From Nanobdellota archaeon (GTDB taxonomy: Archaea > Nanobdellota > Nanobdellia > Parvarchaeales > Parvarchaeaceae), in the NCBI GenBank assembly GCA_021794235.1, contig JAJYRE010000019.1:1-58283 (forward strand): a DNA stretch of 58,283 nt. Direction: 5' to 3'. Made by a program: the position numbers and the translations under genes. The notes under the pieces are model-generated. The model worked only from the letters and a program-made list of their open reading frames with translations. It had not been told where the DNA came from and ran no database searches. This document shows, piece after piece, positions 41,601 through 49,956 of this stretch (position 1 is the first letter of the stretch; each line of letters opens with the position of its first letter).

Positions 41601-44600
41601 AGGTCCATTCAATGAAGTCTCAAACACATCCGCGATTTCATTCAATACGACTTATTCCACTTATTCGTACTCTACCGCAACTATAAAATACGGGCAGTGC
41701 GAGTTTATACCAAACAGCACCTCCGGGTCTACCGCAGCCGGTTCCACCGTTAATATAGCTTTCCAGAGTATATGTAAGAACTATTTCTTTGAAAGCGGCC
41801 TTCCAAACGGTTACTATTGGCATGTTTCATACTACAATACCACTAAATTGCCAACCACATCAGAGGTTGAGTTTACAACGGCATACGGCAAATTCAATCT
41901 TTCCATATTACCCACTGTGGTAAGCAACTGCGGATTTACACCAAATGTTACTAGCAGATCTCTAGTGTCCGGATCAAACCTATCAGTTACTTTCGTTAAT
42001 TCGAGCTGTCAAGAACCTGTTGTCATCCCTATATCGTTTTACAACCAAAACAATGTAACCCTCCCCAATGGTTATCAGCAGAAACTTGTTTTCGATTCCT
42101 TTAATTATTCAAAATATGAAAACGCCAATCTGTCTAATATAATGTTTACTTATGCAAACGGTACCGTCGTACCATCCTGGCTGGAATCCGGCAACTCTAA
42201 CACCTCGAATGACACCGTATACTGGTTTAAGCTTGCAGGCATCCCATCGGAGCGGGGCCTAACCATACATATGATTCTCAACCAGTCCTTCAAAAAATAC
42301 GCAGTGGACTTTAACAACCGCACCACTGGAGAAGCACAGCAGCTCGCTCCTTCATATGTAAACTACAGTGATATACAAAACGTGATGAAAAGCGGCCTGA
42401 TTTACCAGATATACTACGATTCCGGAAGTACAAGCTCCGGTGTTAGCACCGCTCAGGAGTCAGCTCTTTATAATGCTTCGATATCTAGCAGTACTACCAT
42501 ATCAGTGGGGGGGCAGTCCTTTATATCATCCACTCCTCTGTTCGTCGTACCGGGATCTACAAGCTCCCAGAACGTAGATGGGACCACCAGGAATTATGTC
42601 ATCAACAACTTGCAGGGAGGGTATTCCGGAGGGGCAGGCTTTCCAAACCCTCCTGTTGCCAACTATGGAAATGCCTTTATGATAAAGGAAATAGGTTTCA
42701 TCGCTTTAAACAGGCCTATACAATTTTCCGTTGATATAGACGATGGAGGAGCACTGGGAATCTCTAATTCAACCGGCAATGCATATTCCTGGCTCGGAAG
42801 CAGTTCTGTAAATCAGGCAAATATCCTAAATGAATGGGTGTCAGAGAGTGCTACCGTCCATTCATCCAGCCCTGTCAAGACCGGCGATTATGGCCTTGAA
42901 TACAGCTATATAAACCAAGGAGGTCCAGGGTACTGGAGTCTTTGGTCAAACGCCTCTTTGGGCTATTATTATCCGCTTGTTTTGGTAGATAATCTATCGG
43001 CTGGAACTCTTGTTAATACCTCCCTTTACACTACAACTGTTACAGAGACTGGTCTCCCTGCAGGATATAACTGGACTGCCTCATACGATGGAATCAACAA
43101 ATCAACAACATCTGGTTCGATATCGTTCAGCACAGTTTCTGGCAGCCATAACCTATATATAAGAACATTATCAAATGCATCATCAACACCAAATTGCACT
43201 TCTACTTACACACCGAATATCACACATTCAACTGAAACTGCTGGTACTACTACTCAAATTAAATTCTTCTCATCGGAGTTTTGCACGACATTATTCTTAG
43301 AGAAAGGTTTGATAGGAAGCCCGGCAAGTAACTCATTTTGGTCTGTAGCTTTCGATGGTAAGAATATTAGCTCCGCTATACCCAAGGTCTCGGTTCCTAA
43401 GGATATAGAAAGCTACAAAATTTTAAAAATCAAAAATTTACAAAATGTCTCAACAGTTCCTCCTCTCCAGCAGATGGTCAATGTCAGTAACAACATCTAC
43501 TCAGGTCTAGCCGCATCAAACTTCCAGAACGTGGAATTCTTTTATATAAACGGTACAGTTATACCTAGCTGGCTTGAAAACTACAGCTACGGTAAATACT
43601 CTGTATACTGGCTTGACCTTGGCACTATACCAGCCAACTCATCTATCAGTATATATATGGGATTCGCCCCCAACTCAACAAACGTATTGAACAATCTTAA
43701 TACGAGTATATCCTCTCAGCTTGGCCCTTATCCGCAGCCTTCAACTGGTTCTCAGTTACCTGCACGGCTAAGTGAAAACTATACCTCTTGTGGTAATTTC
43801 TTTGATATGGAAGAGTACCCAAATGGTGGAGGTCCAAACCCTAGTCCGAACAATATGATATGCTCATGGGTCGGCGGGAATGTTAATATTTATATGGCAG
43901 GAGGGAGCGGTGGTTACTCAGGATTGGGTATAACCGGAGTTTCAAATGGGAAGAACTATTACAGTCATTTCTTTAATACGCCATATTGCCTTAGCTCTTA
44001 CGGTTCAGTTTATTTACCGCCCGGTCAGTATAAACTAACTACTTCTAGAGGAAATGGGGGCGGCAGTTGTGGTCCCGGTGGTTTCATACTCACGGCACCT
44101 ACTATACAGATTTCTTATCCCAACAATATCATGCCGACTGCATTATTCATTTATCCAACAGTGGCATTTGGTGATGGTGCAATAAATGGGGCAATAACTA
44201 TATCAGATACACCATATAGTAATTATACTGCTGCAGCGTCAACTAATCTGTCGTGCTCTATAGCACCTGCATCAGTTACGGCAGGTTCCACGTTTTTGTT
44301 TACTGGATGGAATTGTACGAGCACTTTTGTGACTTTGAATATTCCTAGTGGATATCATTTCTCCGTTACGTTTGATAATGTTACAAGAAGCGGCAGAACC
44401 GGATCACCCCTGAACTTATCTACAATATCGTATACCGGATTATACAACTATAATGCAAGCACGCCATCTATAGGGTATAACACTTCTGGAAAAACATATG
44501 CTGGTGTTACAACACAGTTGTCGGAATGGTCGGTAACCAAACAATTTATAGAGACTGGTTTACCTGTGGGGGCCACCTGGTACGTAAATTACAATGGAAC

Positions 44601-47600
44601 AAATAAATACAGTACTTCAGATTTAATAGATTTTATAGGATCTTCTCAAAACCTTTCATTTACAATACCTAGTGTAGTAACGGGTAGTGCTTACATATAC
44701 GTACCAAATATCAGCAGTGGATTTGGTCAATCCACTGAAAATACGAGTATCTCCTTCACCCGTGAGAACGCACTTACACCTGCAGCGGTAACATCATTTA
44801 TACCAATAAATATAACTAATTCTCAATCAACCGCAACTACTGCACCCTTCCAGCAGATGGTCAATTTATCTTATTCTACTTACAGTGCTTATGCAAATCT
44901 CTCAAGCGGCCACCAGTTCCAAAACGTTGAATTTTTCAATTTGACCTCCGGTACACTAATTGACTCCTGGCTGGAAAACTACACTAAGAATTATGCACTA
45001 TTCTGGATAAAGCTACCTAATGGCATACCATCTAAGCGTACACTTGATGATATGGCCGTCGGTTTTGCTCAAAAGAATGTTAGCTTATTCAATAAAATTA
45101 CAACAGGAGAAGCCCCGCAGCTGTCTTTGACAGGCAATTATACTCTCGGTCTCCCTGGCGGATCGTACGCGGAACAGACTAATGGATTCAAATGGATGAA
45201 TAATGCTACGCAGCCGTTTACACTATCGATATGGGTCAATCCCGCTTCTCCAAACGGTGTTATCATTGATGAGGCTAGTCCGACCGCCAGCTGGCATGAT
45301 AGCTGGGTAGAACTTGTAAACGGCAATATTGATATGAAAGTATGGAATTTAGGTTGCGTAAGCCTAGGGTCCATACCGCTTGATCAATGGTCAAACATAG
45401 TAATATCAGGTTCCTTGTCTGGAAGTACGATAAATTATTCTGGTTATGTAAATGGCGTTTATAAGGGTTCTGGGTCAGGTTCCAGGAGCGTGCCCGGTAG
45501 CACTAATTTAATGTACTATCCACTCGGTATATCCGACAGTACCAACTGCGGTTCTGCAGCATCTTTCGTTGGGAGTATGGAAAATTATCAGATATACAAC
45601 AAGTCATTAACTACGACTGCCGTTACAAAACTGTATTCCGAGGGAATATATGGTGCGCCTGTTAACTCATACGGCGTGTCTGCGTGGTGGCCCCTTAATG
45701 GCAGCGGTAATAATCTTATACAGAATAACTCCATAAAGCTATATGGTACTTCATCCTACCACAGACAGGATGGATACGCGAAATATGATAACGGCGGTGA
45801 TGTATTTACTAACTACTTTGACTTCAATGGAACCGCACTTCCGAACGGATGGACAAATCATAATGCCGGTTTGCTTTATCCAAGCGATGGATTATTCTGG
45901 GGGCAGGGTATCTCCGGATACAGCACAACAACTTTCAGCCCTCCGTATATAGCTGAGATGTATGTAAAGTCCACTTCATATTCCGGCGGTGACGATGGGG
46001 TTCTACTTATGGGTCCGAGTATAGGAAGTTCTAATTATTGGGTCGGATTTGGCGACGGAGGTTCAACAAATTCTCCTGTATACGGATACGGTGCAAACAA
46101 CGCATGGTTATCTAGCAACCTTCAAGCGCTCAGCTTAAATTTCCCGTATATATTTGGGTATGAGGCATTTAACACCAGCAAATCTCAATATTATTTGAAT
46201 TATGCACTGAAGGCGAGTGATGCAATAGCTGCAAATTCACAATATCTTGAATTATGGTCCAACACTGGCACCTCCTCAGTCTATAAAACTTACTGGATAC
46301 GTTTCAGACAGGTGCCTCCTAACAACGTTATGCCTGCGGTTTCTACCGGACAAAATTATACTGTACCTATCACTCTTGCTCTAAACGGCATTCGGAACGA
46401 GAATAGAACTTTATCATACGGGAATCAGAGCAATTTCACCGCCGTATTATCCAACACGTCCGAATACGTAAGACTTTGGAATAATATAAGTGGCGTGATA
46501 ACACCCCTTACCGGTTTTAGCAGGTCAAGATCTACGTATCTTGCAAATTTATCCGCAGGAACTATAACCGTTACTGCGGGAACAAATTCCAGCGGCATAA
46601 GAAACATCACCTATACTGAGACTATATCCAAAGCAACTCCGTTCTTAGCACTTTCAGTTTCACCGTCCATAAACTATACGTACAACGCAACCAATATAAC
46701 AGTGAAAGCAAAGGTTTCTACAATAAATAACCAGCTGAGTGCAGGACTTTACATAAACGGTAAGTTTAACCAAACCATAACATCCTTGAAAACAATAAAT
46801 CTTGGCAATTCACCCGGCGTTTATTCGGTAATTCTGAATATAAGTGGTAATGCGAATTATTCAAGCAGTTCAGTAAAAATTACAAGAGAGATCTACCCTG
46901 CTTCATCGCTCGTCAATTACTATATTCCTCTTAACATAACAAATAGCCAGCTTGCGGCGACACCGGCTCCTTTCCAGCAATTGATCAACTTGTCATATGC
47001 ACAGTACAAGGCATACATAAATTTGAGCAGCGACCACCAGTTCCAAAACGTTGAATTTTTCAATTTGACCTCCGGTACACTAATTGACTCCTGGCTGGAA
47101 AACTACACTAAGAATTATGCGCTATTCTGGATAAAGCTACCTAATGGCATACCCGCCTCAACAGAACTGAGCGACGTGGCAGTAGGTTTTGCCCCAAACA
47201 CCACCAACCTGTTCAATCAGAATACTGTGGGGGAAGCCCCGCAGCTTTCACCATCCTACGGACAGTATGATAACGGTGCGGGTATATTCAGTTATTATTC
47301 CAGATTCGGCGATATGTCTGTACTGCCACCGGGATGGAATGAGAACGGTTCGCCTACAACCTCTTTCGGCACTGACTACCTTAAATTGACTGAAACGAAT
47401 ACAGGTTCTTGGCAAGGCATATCCAAGCTCTTTCCTGCCGGCGTCAACAAAACCGCAGGAGTCTTTGAAATTTATGGGAATATATATAAATCTGGTACAG
47501 AGTCCAATTACCAGGTACTTGCTGGCGTAGGGGCAAGTATGCCTGCGGTGGCTGCTGCCGTGGGTGGATACGACGATGATACATCACAACATCCGTATTG

Positions 47601-49788
47601 GTTTACATCCTTACTATCGAATGTTAGACAAGGTGGTGCGAGCGGATCCGCACAGTTGTTAAATAATTCATATGTGTCTGGCATAGCTTACAACGGCTTA
47701 GGAACTACAAAGTCCAATGGTGTGGGGTACTTGAATTATCAGGGTCAGGGTACAGTTACTTCCACAACATCAGAAAACGTGGCTTACATAAGTGTAGGAT
47801 TATCTGGCTATGGATTGGAAAGCGTATATCTGTACTGGCTGAGATTGCGTGCCTATCCGCCGAATGGATCTATGCCTTCCGTTAGCTTCGGGCCCATCGT
47901 ACCGAAGAACATAACAAATTATGTAATGCTCACCATATCCAATAGTCAGAATAAAGCTACATCTTCTCCTTTCCAGCAGATGGTCAATGTAAGCAACAAA
48001 ATCTACGGTAAGATAGCTAATTCGAACTTCCAGAACGTGGAATTTTTCTACAAGAATGGAACGATAATTCCTTCGTGGCTTGAGAGCTATAAATATCAAA
48101 ATAGCGCGCTTTACTGGCTGAGGCTCGGTTCGATTCCTTCAAACGGCACCCAGATTGCATACTTAGGATTCGCATCAAACAGTACAGTTCTGTTCAATGC
48201 CAATACAGTCGGAGAATCCCCGCAGCTCTCCTCAACTTATGGCCAATATGACAACGGTGCAAATGTTTTCGTTGCTTATGATAATTTCACAAGATTAAAC
48301 TCGAGTATCGGATGGATAAACGCTATAGGAACCGTACCAAGCTACACTGTGAATGATGGTCTTACTCTACACTCTACATCTACAAATACATGGGAGGGGC
48401 TTGTTCTAAACACTACCTACAACGCGACAAAGTACGTTATGGATTCGTACGCCCACTTTAGCTCATTATCAGGAGTTGGTGAAGAAATTGACATGCAGAC
48501 CAACCAAAATAGCTTCTCTTCTTCTAGTACGCATCACATAGGCTTGACTGATGAAAATACCGTTTACGCTTCTCAGAATTATAACGGTTCCAGTAGCATA
48601 GTAAACACGCCTATAAACTCACTGAATTTCGGTGTTTGGTCTATATATGCCAATAACACCTATTCAAAGTTGTCTTTCAATTATACAAGTACAACAAATA
48701 ACGGTGTTGACTTGCCAGTCTTAAGTTCACTATACCCTAGTATGGAGAGCGCTCGTTCTAACATTAGCATACTTATTAGGTACATTCGTATACGAAACCA
48801 ACCCCCCAATGGAGTAATGCCGACTGTAAAATTTTCAACCCTAAAGTTGCCCAGTGGAATTACGAATTATGCTAAAATATCTATAGACAATGCGCAGCCA
48901 GTTTCTGAATCAAATTACCAACAGATGATTAATCTTTCAAGCAACACATTCAAGGGCTACGCAGCTTCAAACCTCCAGAACGTCGAGTTCTTCTACTCGA
49001 ATGGCACAGTAATACCTTCATGGCTGGAGAACTACACCTATTCAAAGAACGCGTTGTACTGGATAAAAATGAACATTAATGCCGATTCAATTGAAAACAT
49101 ATACGTGGGTTTTGCGTCAAACAGCACAAATCTGTTTAATTCAAACACGGTGGGCGAGGCTCCGCAGCTGTCTTCCACCTACGGACAGTATGACAACGGC
49201 GCAGACGTATTCCCTATTCTGTATCAGAACTTTGCCGGGACTTCGGTCCCGACCGGATGGACATCCACCGGCTCTATCACAATAAACAACGGCGTCACAT
49301 CCGCGTACTCATCTTTACTCACTACGAGCGCCTCCAGCTATGGGGATAACTCCAGCCAGATACTGGATTTTTACGGAAAGTTTCCAACACCAAGCCAAGT
49401 GGACAACCCTATGGCCGGATACGTATCAAGCAGCGGCTTTAGCAATAACAACAATCCGGGGTCTGGTTTTGATCTCAATACCAACATAGGCTCTGGTTTG
49501 GCTATAATCGTTCACACTTCCAGCTGCAATCCGTATATCAGCACTTCTTTCCCGCTAAACACAAATACGGTTTTCTCCATCCACACGGTCTCCGGCAGTT
49601 CAACGCAGTTTTCCTACAATTATGGTGCGGTCGACAGTTTGGCATGCGGTCAGACAACCCAAATAACAGTCGGTATTTCTAATGATGGGTCTACAGGACA
49701 GACGATTGGTCCATTTTACTGGTTTAGGATAAGGGTAAATCCTCCGAATGGAGTAATGCCTTCAATGATCTTTGGAGAGGTACAGTGA
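35650..49788 (+). CDS. Giant (4712 aa) N-terminally anchored surface adhesin: ~26 tandem Ig-like repeats, six DUF2341-like modules, LamG-like and other head domains
   Basis: Basic N-terminus plus TM; 26 tandem F-x-E-x-GLP-x4-W type repeats, usually with paired Cys; six QQ..N..F...NGT/SGT..[PD]SWLE..W modules; FTLSIWVNP...F.GS..N.QIYN..L LamG-like segment. Confidence 0.9.
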   Translation: MAKRSRHSTKKHYNVHFTAFLIVLVIMFIALFFLATQSNLLNVNVLGLVTQTIHSIISPPQNISTSPPSNTTNTTLITPRFTLFYEKGLPSSTLWSISSGTNIQYSNVNLINFSSTGALVSFTVNKVIINGCVFTPVPFSAATASGSTNQIVFSSSCTTTFTELGLPNDTAWGMSYSNLTRNSSSDSIGFDTGYGTFNFNVFQSSNSSCAYAPYPLSGSLQAGSSKTIVFLSLCANSTNSGVVFAETGLPTGYNWSVTYDNTTLSSVNPFIKFSTVSGHIYPFFNTSSINRNGCVFTPSPQSGGAIPGETVAINFTSECNTSFQETGLPFGLNWKVSYNGLTESSNSTSLNFNTSYSTSPATVNNVIVGNCTYIPSLNYSGSIASGSAVSVLFKSSCVSTFTEKNLPSGLSWTVNYDNKVVTSYSNKIQVITPNITTNFTIETTVNGGCIYTPTPNNGNLSSGSGQSVVFAQACHTVFTSTGLPSGISWAVEYDGSTRDGGYNSSIEFPYYANTTFGFNVSTIRLGNCTYTPSPQNGTIQGGALQNIVFSAACSTSFYESGLPSGDSWAVTYDNNTLSSTSTSVVFNGINGSYKYNLSDVPISGGCYYAPSPSSGTLTAGSNISILYSNVCTTTFIDPGLPQGANWTVTFAGATKHTLQQNVSFVLSPGKYYYQISQTSFGGCTYAPNETSGSTSVGQDVHVTFNLTSCDTVFSESGLPSGSSWQVKYDGSSVDSQSSSISFNNLPGNYSFSISPIVLGTCTFAPNESSGVIGAGSTPAIHFNSSCYTDFYENGLPSKSLWTVNYSDKNTSSVGTSMSISTPYSTYPYSVYNISAGPDCYYIPQPSTGTDSAGTSVTITYVRECVSTFKETGLYAGTPWSVVYNGINASSRSSSISILGVPGNYSYKIVNAYGYGCEFVPNETSSSLVSGNNVSLSFNATSCTTTLTEKGLPSGQSWNATFLAFNSTNSNTVSFVTGAGNYSLLVPHLNLSNCIFEASPPSVIRAGTSLNLQFHATCYSNITESGLPNGTKWTLNLTPSYNSLGYQTYPDQVYSTQKSYIEWISVNSTRNFVIDTIPINQKCHYEPQPSSGSVTAGHNMHISFYNSCITNFYEKGLPSGSKWAVDYNGINATSTSTIISFTTAVGVYSFRVYGVIFGGCYYLPNMTSGTINSSSTIGIGFVKKYCTTLFTESGLPSGYKWNVTYNSTVLSSTSSSISFNTTPSSSALSYVVSPTHLSSGNCYVNITSGNGTAVPGSTVSLQYINSCETTFTEAGLPSGDTWTVSYGGFTNSSSTSSIIIYALPGAHTFTPSIVGAGSGCFYQPSPVSGSLSAGSSSSITYSLECNTTFTELGLPGSARWSVDFGGSNHSATSSSIVFTTSTGSNSFTVPSVNFASCSYLPSPSSGTSVAGGNTTVSFTENTCNTTFYEKGLPTKTTWTIKYDGIQVSPSNNNITLTTPAGIFVLDAYKVKISGCVYSPSTYSSDIAAGSQFTIDFTASCSTNFTESGLPPSTYWFVDYNGTSVSSNTSMVSIPSQNGIYSYSVAYVGNSSCYYSPSPSSGNLVAGSALGVTYTGGCTTTFYENGLPLNTNWTVSYNGSSLHSTARSMQFVTGPGNHSYSISNITVDNCLYVGVPSSGNASAGSSITVVFNQTECSTVFKARGLASGLNWTINFGDSNYTQSSSSVTVTTRPGPVNLTAYSITSNNCTFNPSPSSAKIAAGSSIYINYTSSCITSFVEKGLPSGITWSAKYDGITNYSSTSGISITSIYGNFTFNIPRIQVSANCYLTPNPDTGHLVSGGAVSVNFSTYCLSQFSESGLPTGLKWSVTYDSITNSSNSADMLFNVLSGNYSYSIKAIKDGNCFYTPNSSSGYVNAGGYTSVKFTESACTSYFSESGLPSGTFWNVTFDSLINTSTKPIIQLNTSNGQYPFSIPSQIVAGCTYVPVPASGDIGAGSNTSITFNRDYCISHFNEIGLPSGFDWNVTLGPFNEVSNTSAISFNTTYSTYSYSTATIKYGQCEFIPNSTSGSTAAGSTVNIAFQSICKNYFFESGLPNGYYWHVSYYNTTKLPTTSEVEFTTAYGKFNLSILPTVVSNCGFTPNVTSRSLVSGSNLSVTFVNSSCQEPVVIPISFYNQNNVTLPNGYQQKLVFDSFNYSKYENANLSNIMFTYANGTVVPSWLESGNSNTSNDTVYWFKLAGIPSERGLTIHMILNQSFKKYAVDFNNRTTGEAQQLAPSYVNYSDIQNVMKSGLIYQIYYDSGSTSSGVSTAQESALYNASISSSTTISVGGQSFISSTPLFVVPGSTSSQNVDGTTRNYVINNLQGGYSGGAGFPNPPVANYGNAFMIKEIGFIALNRPIQFSVDIDDGGALGISNSTGNAYSWLGSSSVNQANILNEWVSESATVHSSSPVKTGDYGLEYSYINQGGPGYWSLWSNASLGYYYPLVLVDNLSAGTLVNTSLYTTTVTETGLPAGYNWTASYDGINKSTTSGSISFSTVSGSHNLYIRTLSNASSTPNCTSTYTPNITHSTETAGTTTQIKFFSSEFCTTLFLEKGLIGSPASNSFWSVAFDGKNISSAIPKVSVPKDIESYKILKIKNLQNVSTVPPLQQMVNVSNNIYSGLAASNFQNVEFFYINGTVIPSWLENYSYGKYSVYWLDLGTIPANSSISIYMGFAPNSTNVLNNLNTSISSQLGPYPQPSTGSQLPARLSENYTSCGNFFDMEEYPNGGGPNPSPNNMICSWVGGNVNIYMAGGSGGYSGLGITGVSNGKNYYSHFFNTPYCLSSYGSVYLPPGQYKLTTSRGNGGGSCGPGGFILTAPTIQISYPNNIMPTALFIYPTVAFGDGAINGAITISDTPYSNYTAAASTNLSCSIAPASVTAGSTFLFTGWNCTSTFVTLNIPSGYHFSVTFDNVTRSGRTGSPLNLSTISYTGLYNYNASTPSIGYNTSGKTYAGVTTQLSEWSVTKQFIETGLPVGATWYVNYNGTNKYSTSDLIDFIGSSQNLSFTIPSVVTGSAYIYVPNISSGFGQSTENTSISFTRENALTPAAVTSFIPINITNSQSTATTAPFQQMVNLSYSTYSAYANLSSGHQFQNVEFFNLTSGTLIDSWLENYTKNYALFWIKLPNGIPSKRTLDDMAVGFAQKNVSLFNKITTGEAPQLSLTGNYTLGLPGGSYAEQTNGFKWMNNATQPFTLSIWVNPASPNGVIIDEASPTASWHDSWVELVNGNIDMKVWNLGCVSLGSIPLDQWSNIVISGSLSGSTINYSGYVNGVYKGSGSGSRSVPGSTNLMYYPLGISDSTNCGSAASFVGSMENYQIYNKSLTTTAVTKLYSEGIYGAPVNSYGVSAWWPLNGSGNNLIQNNSIKLYGTSSYHRQDGYAKYDNGGDVFTNYFDFNGTALPNGWTNHNAGLLYPSDGLFWGQGISGYSTTTFSPPYIAEMYVKSTSYSGGDDGVLLMGPSIGSSNYWVGFGDGGSTNSPVYGYGANNAWLSSNLQALSLNFPYIFGYEAFNTSKSQYYLNYALKASDAIAANSQYLELWSNTGTSSVYKTYWIRFRQVPPNNVMPAVSTGQNYTVPITLALNGIRNENRTLSYGNQSNFTAVLSNTSEYVRLWNNISGVITPLTGFSRSRSTYLANLSAGTITVTAGTNSSGIRNITYTETISKATPFLALSVSPSINYTYNATNITVKAKVSTINNQLSAGLYINGKFNQTITSLKTINLGNSPGVYSVILNISGNANYSSSSVKITREIYPASSLVNYYIPLNITNSQLAATPAPFQQLINLSYAQYKAYINLSSDHQFQNVEFFNLTSGTLIDSWLENYTKNYALFWIKLPNGIPASTELSDVAVGFAPNTTNLFNQNTVGEAPQLSPSYGQYDNGAGIFSYYSRFGDMSVLPPGWNENGSPTTSFGTDYLKLTETNTGSWQGISKLFPAGVNKTAGVFEIYGNIYKSGTESNYQVLAGVGASMPAVAAAVGGYDDDTSQHPYWFTSLLSNVRQGGASGSAQLLNNSYVSGIAYNGLGTTKSNGVGYLNYQGQGTVTSTTSENVAYISVGLSGYGLESVYLYWLRLRAYPPNGSMPSVSFGPIVPKNITNYVMLTISNSQNKATSSPFQQMVNVSNKIYGKIANSNFQNVEFFYKNGTIIPSWLESYKYQNSALYWLRLGSIPSNGTQIAYLGFASNSTVLFNANTVGESPQLSSTYGQYDNGANVFVAYDNFTRLNSSIGWINAIGTVPSYTVNDGLTLHSTSTNTWEGLVLNTTYNATKYVMDSYAHFSSLSGVGEEIDMQTNQNSFSSSSTHHIGLTDENTVYASQNYNGSSSIVNTPINSLNFGVWSIYANNTYSKLSFNYTSTTNNGVDLPVLSSLYPSMESARSNISILIRYIRIRNQPPNGVMPTVKFSTLKLPSGITNYAKISIDNAQPVSESNYQQMINLSSNTFKGYAASNLQNVEFFYSNGTVIPSWLENYTYSKNALYWIKMNINADSIENIYVGFASNSTNLFNSNTVGEAPQLSSTYGQYDNGADVFPILYQNFAGTSVPTGWTSTGSITINNGVTSAYSSLLTTSASSYGDNSSQILDFYGKFPTPSQVDNPMAGYVSSSGFSNNNNPGSGFDLNTNIGSGLAIIVHTSSCNPYISTSFPLNTNTVFSIHTVSGSSTQFSYNYGAVDSLACGQTTQITVGISNDGSTGQTIGPFYWFRIRVNPPNGVMPSMIFGEVQ
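35890..42010 (+). repeat. Tandem array of 26 ~79-aa Ig-like (thermopsin-type) protein repeats
   Basis: Counted by eye from FYEKGLP (first) to FFESGLP (26th). Confidence 0.85.
44910..45029 (+). repeat. 120-bp direct repeat, copy 1 (DUF2341-like core)
   Basis: Matches 47034-47153 with a single mismatch (44997 a vs 47121 g). Confidence 0.95.
47034..47153 (+). repeat. 120-bp direct repeat, copy 2
   Basis: 119/120 identical to 44910-45029. Confidence 0.95.
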
Positions 49789-49956
49789 GCATCAAGTAAT
49801 GCACAAGACAGTCAGTAGCATGATGAATGCCGCCTGTAAAAATCTACAGCATACAACTAAATTTATTGCTTTCATCCTATGTTCTGAAAATTGCCCCCCA
49901 CGTATTCGATTTGATATTAATAAACTATTAATATAACTACTTTTTAATAATGATAA

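Noticed and set aside
35890-42010. CRISPR-like periodic short repeats
   Set aside because: The period is ~235 bp, the repeats are degenerate and in-frame within a protein, and no cas genes are present.
44910-47153. Diversity-generating retroelement TR/VR pair
   Set aside because: Only one mismatch, both copies are in-frame coding and mid-gene, and no reverse transcriptase is in the window.
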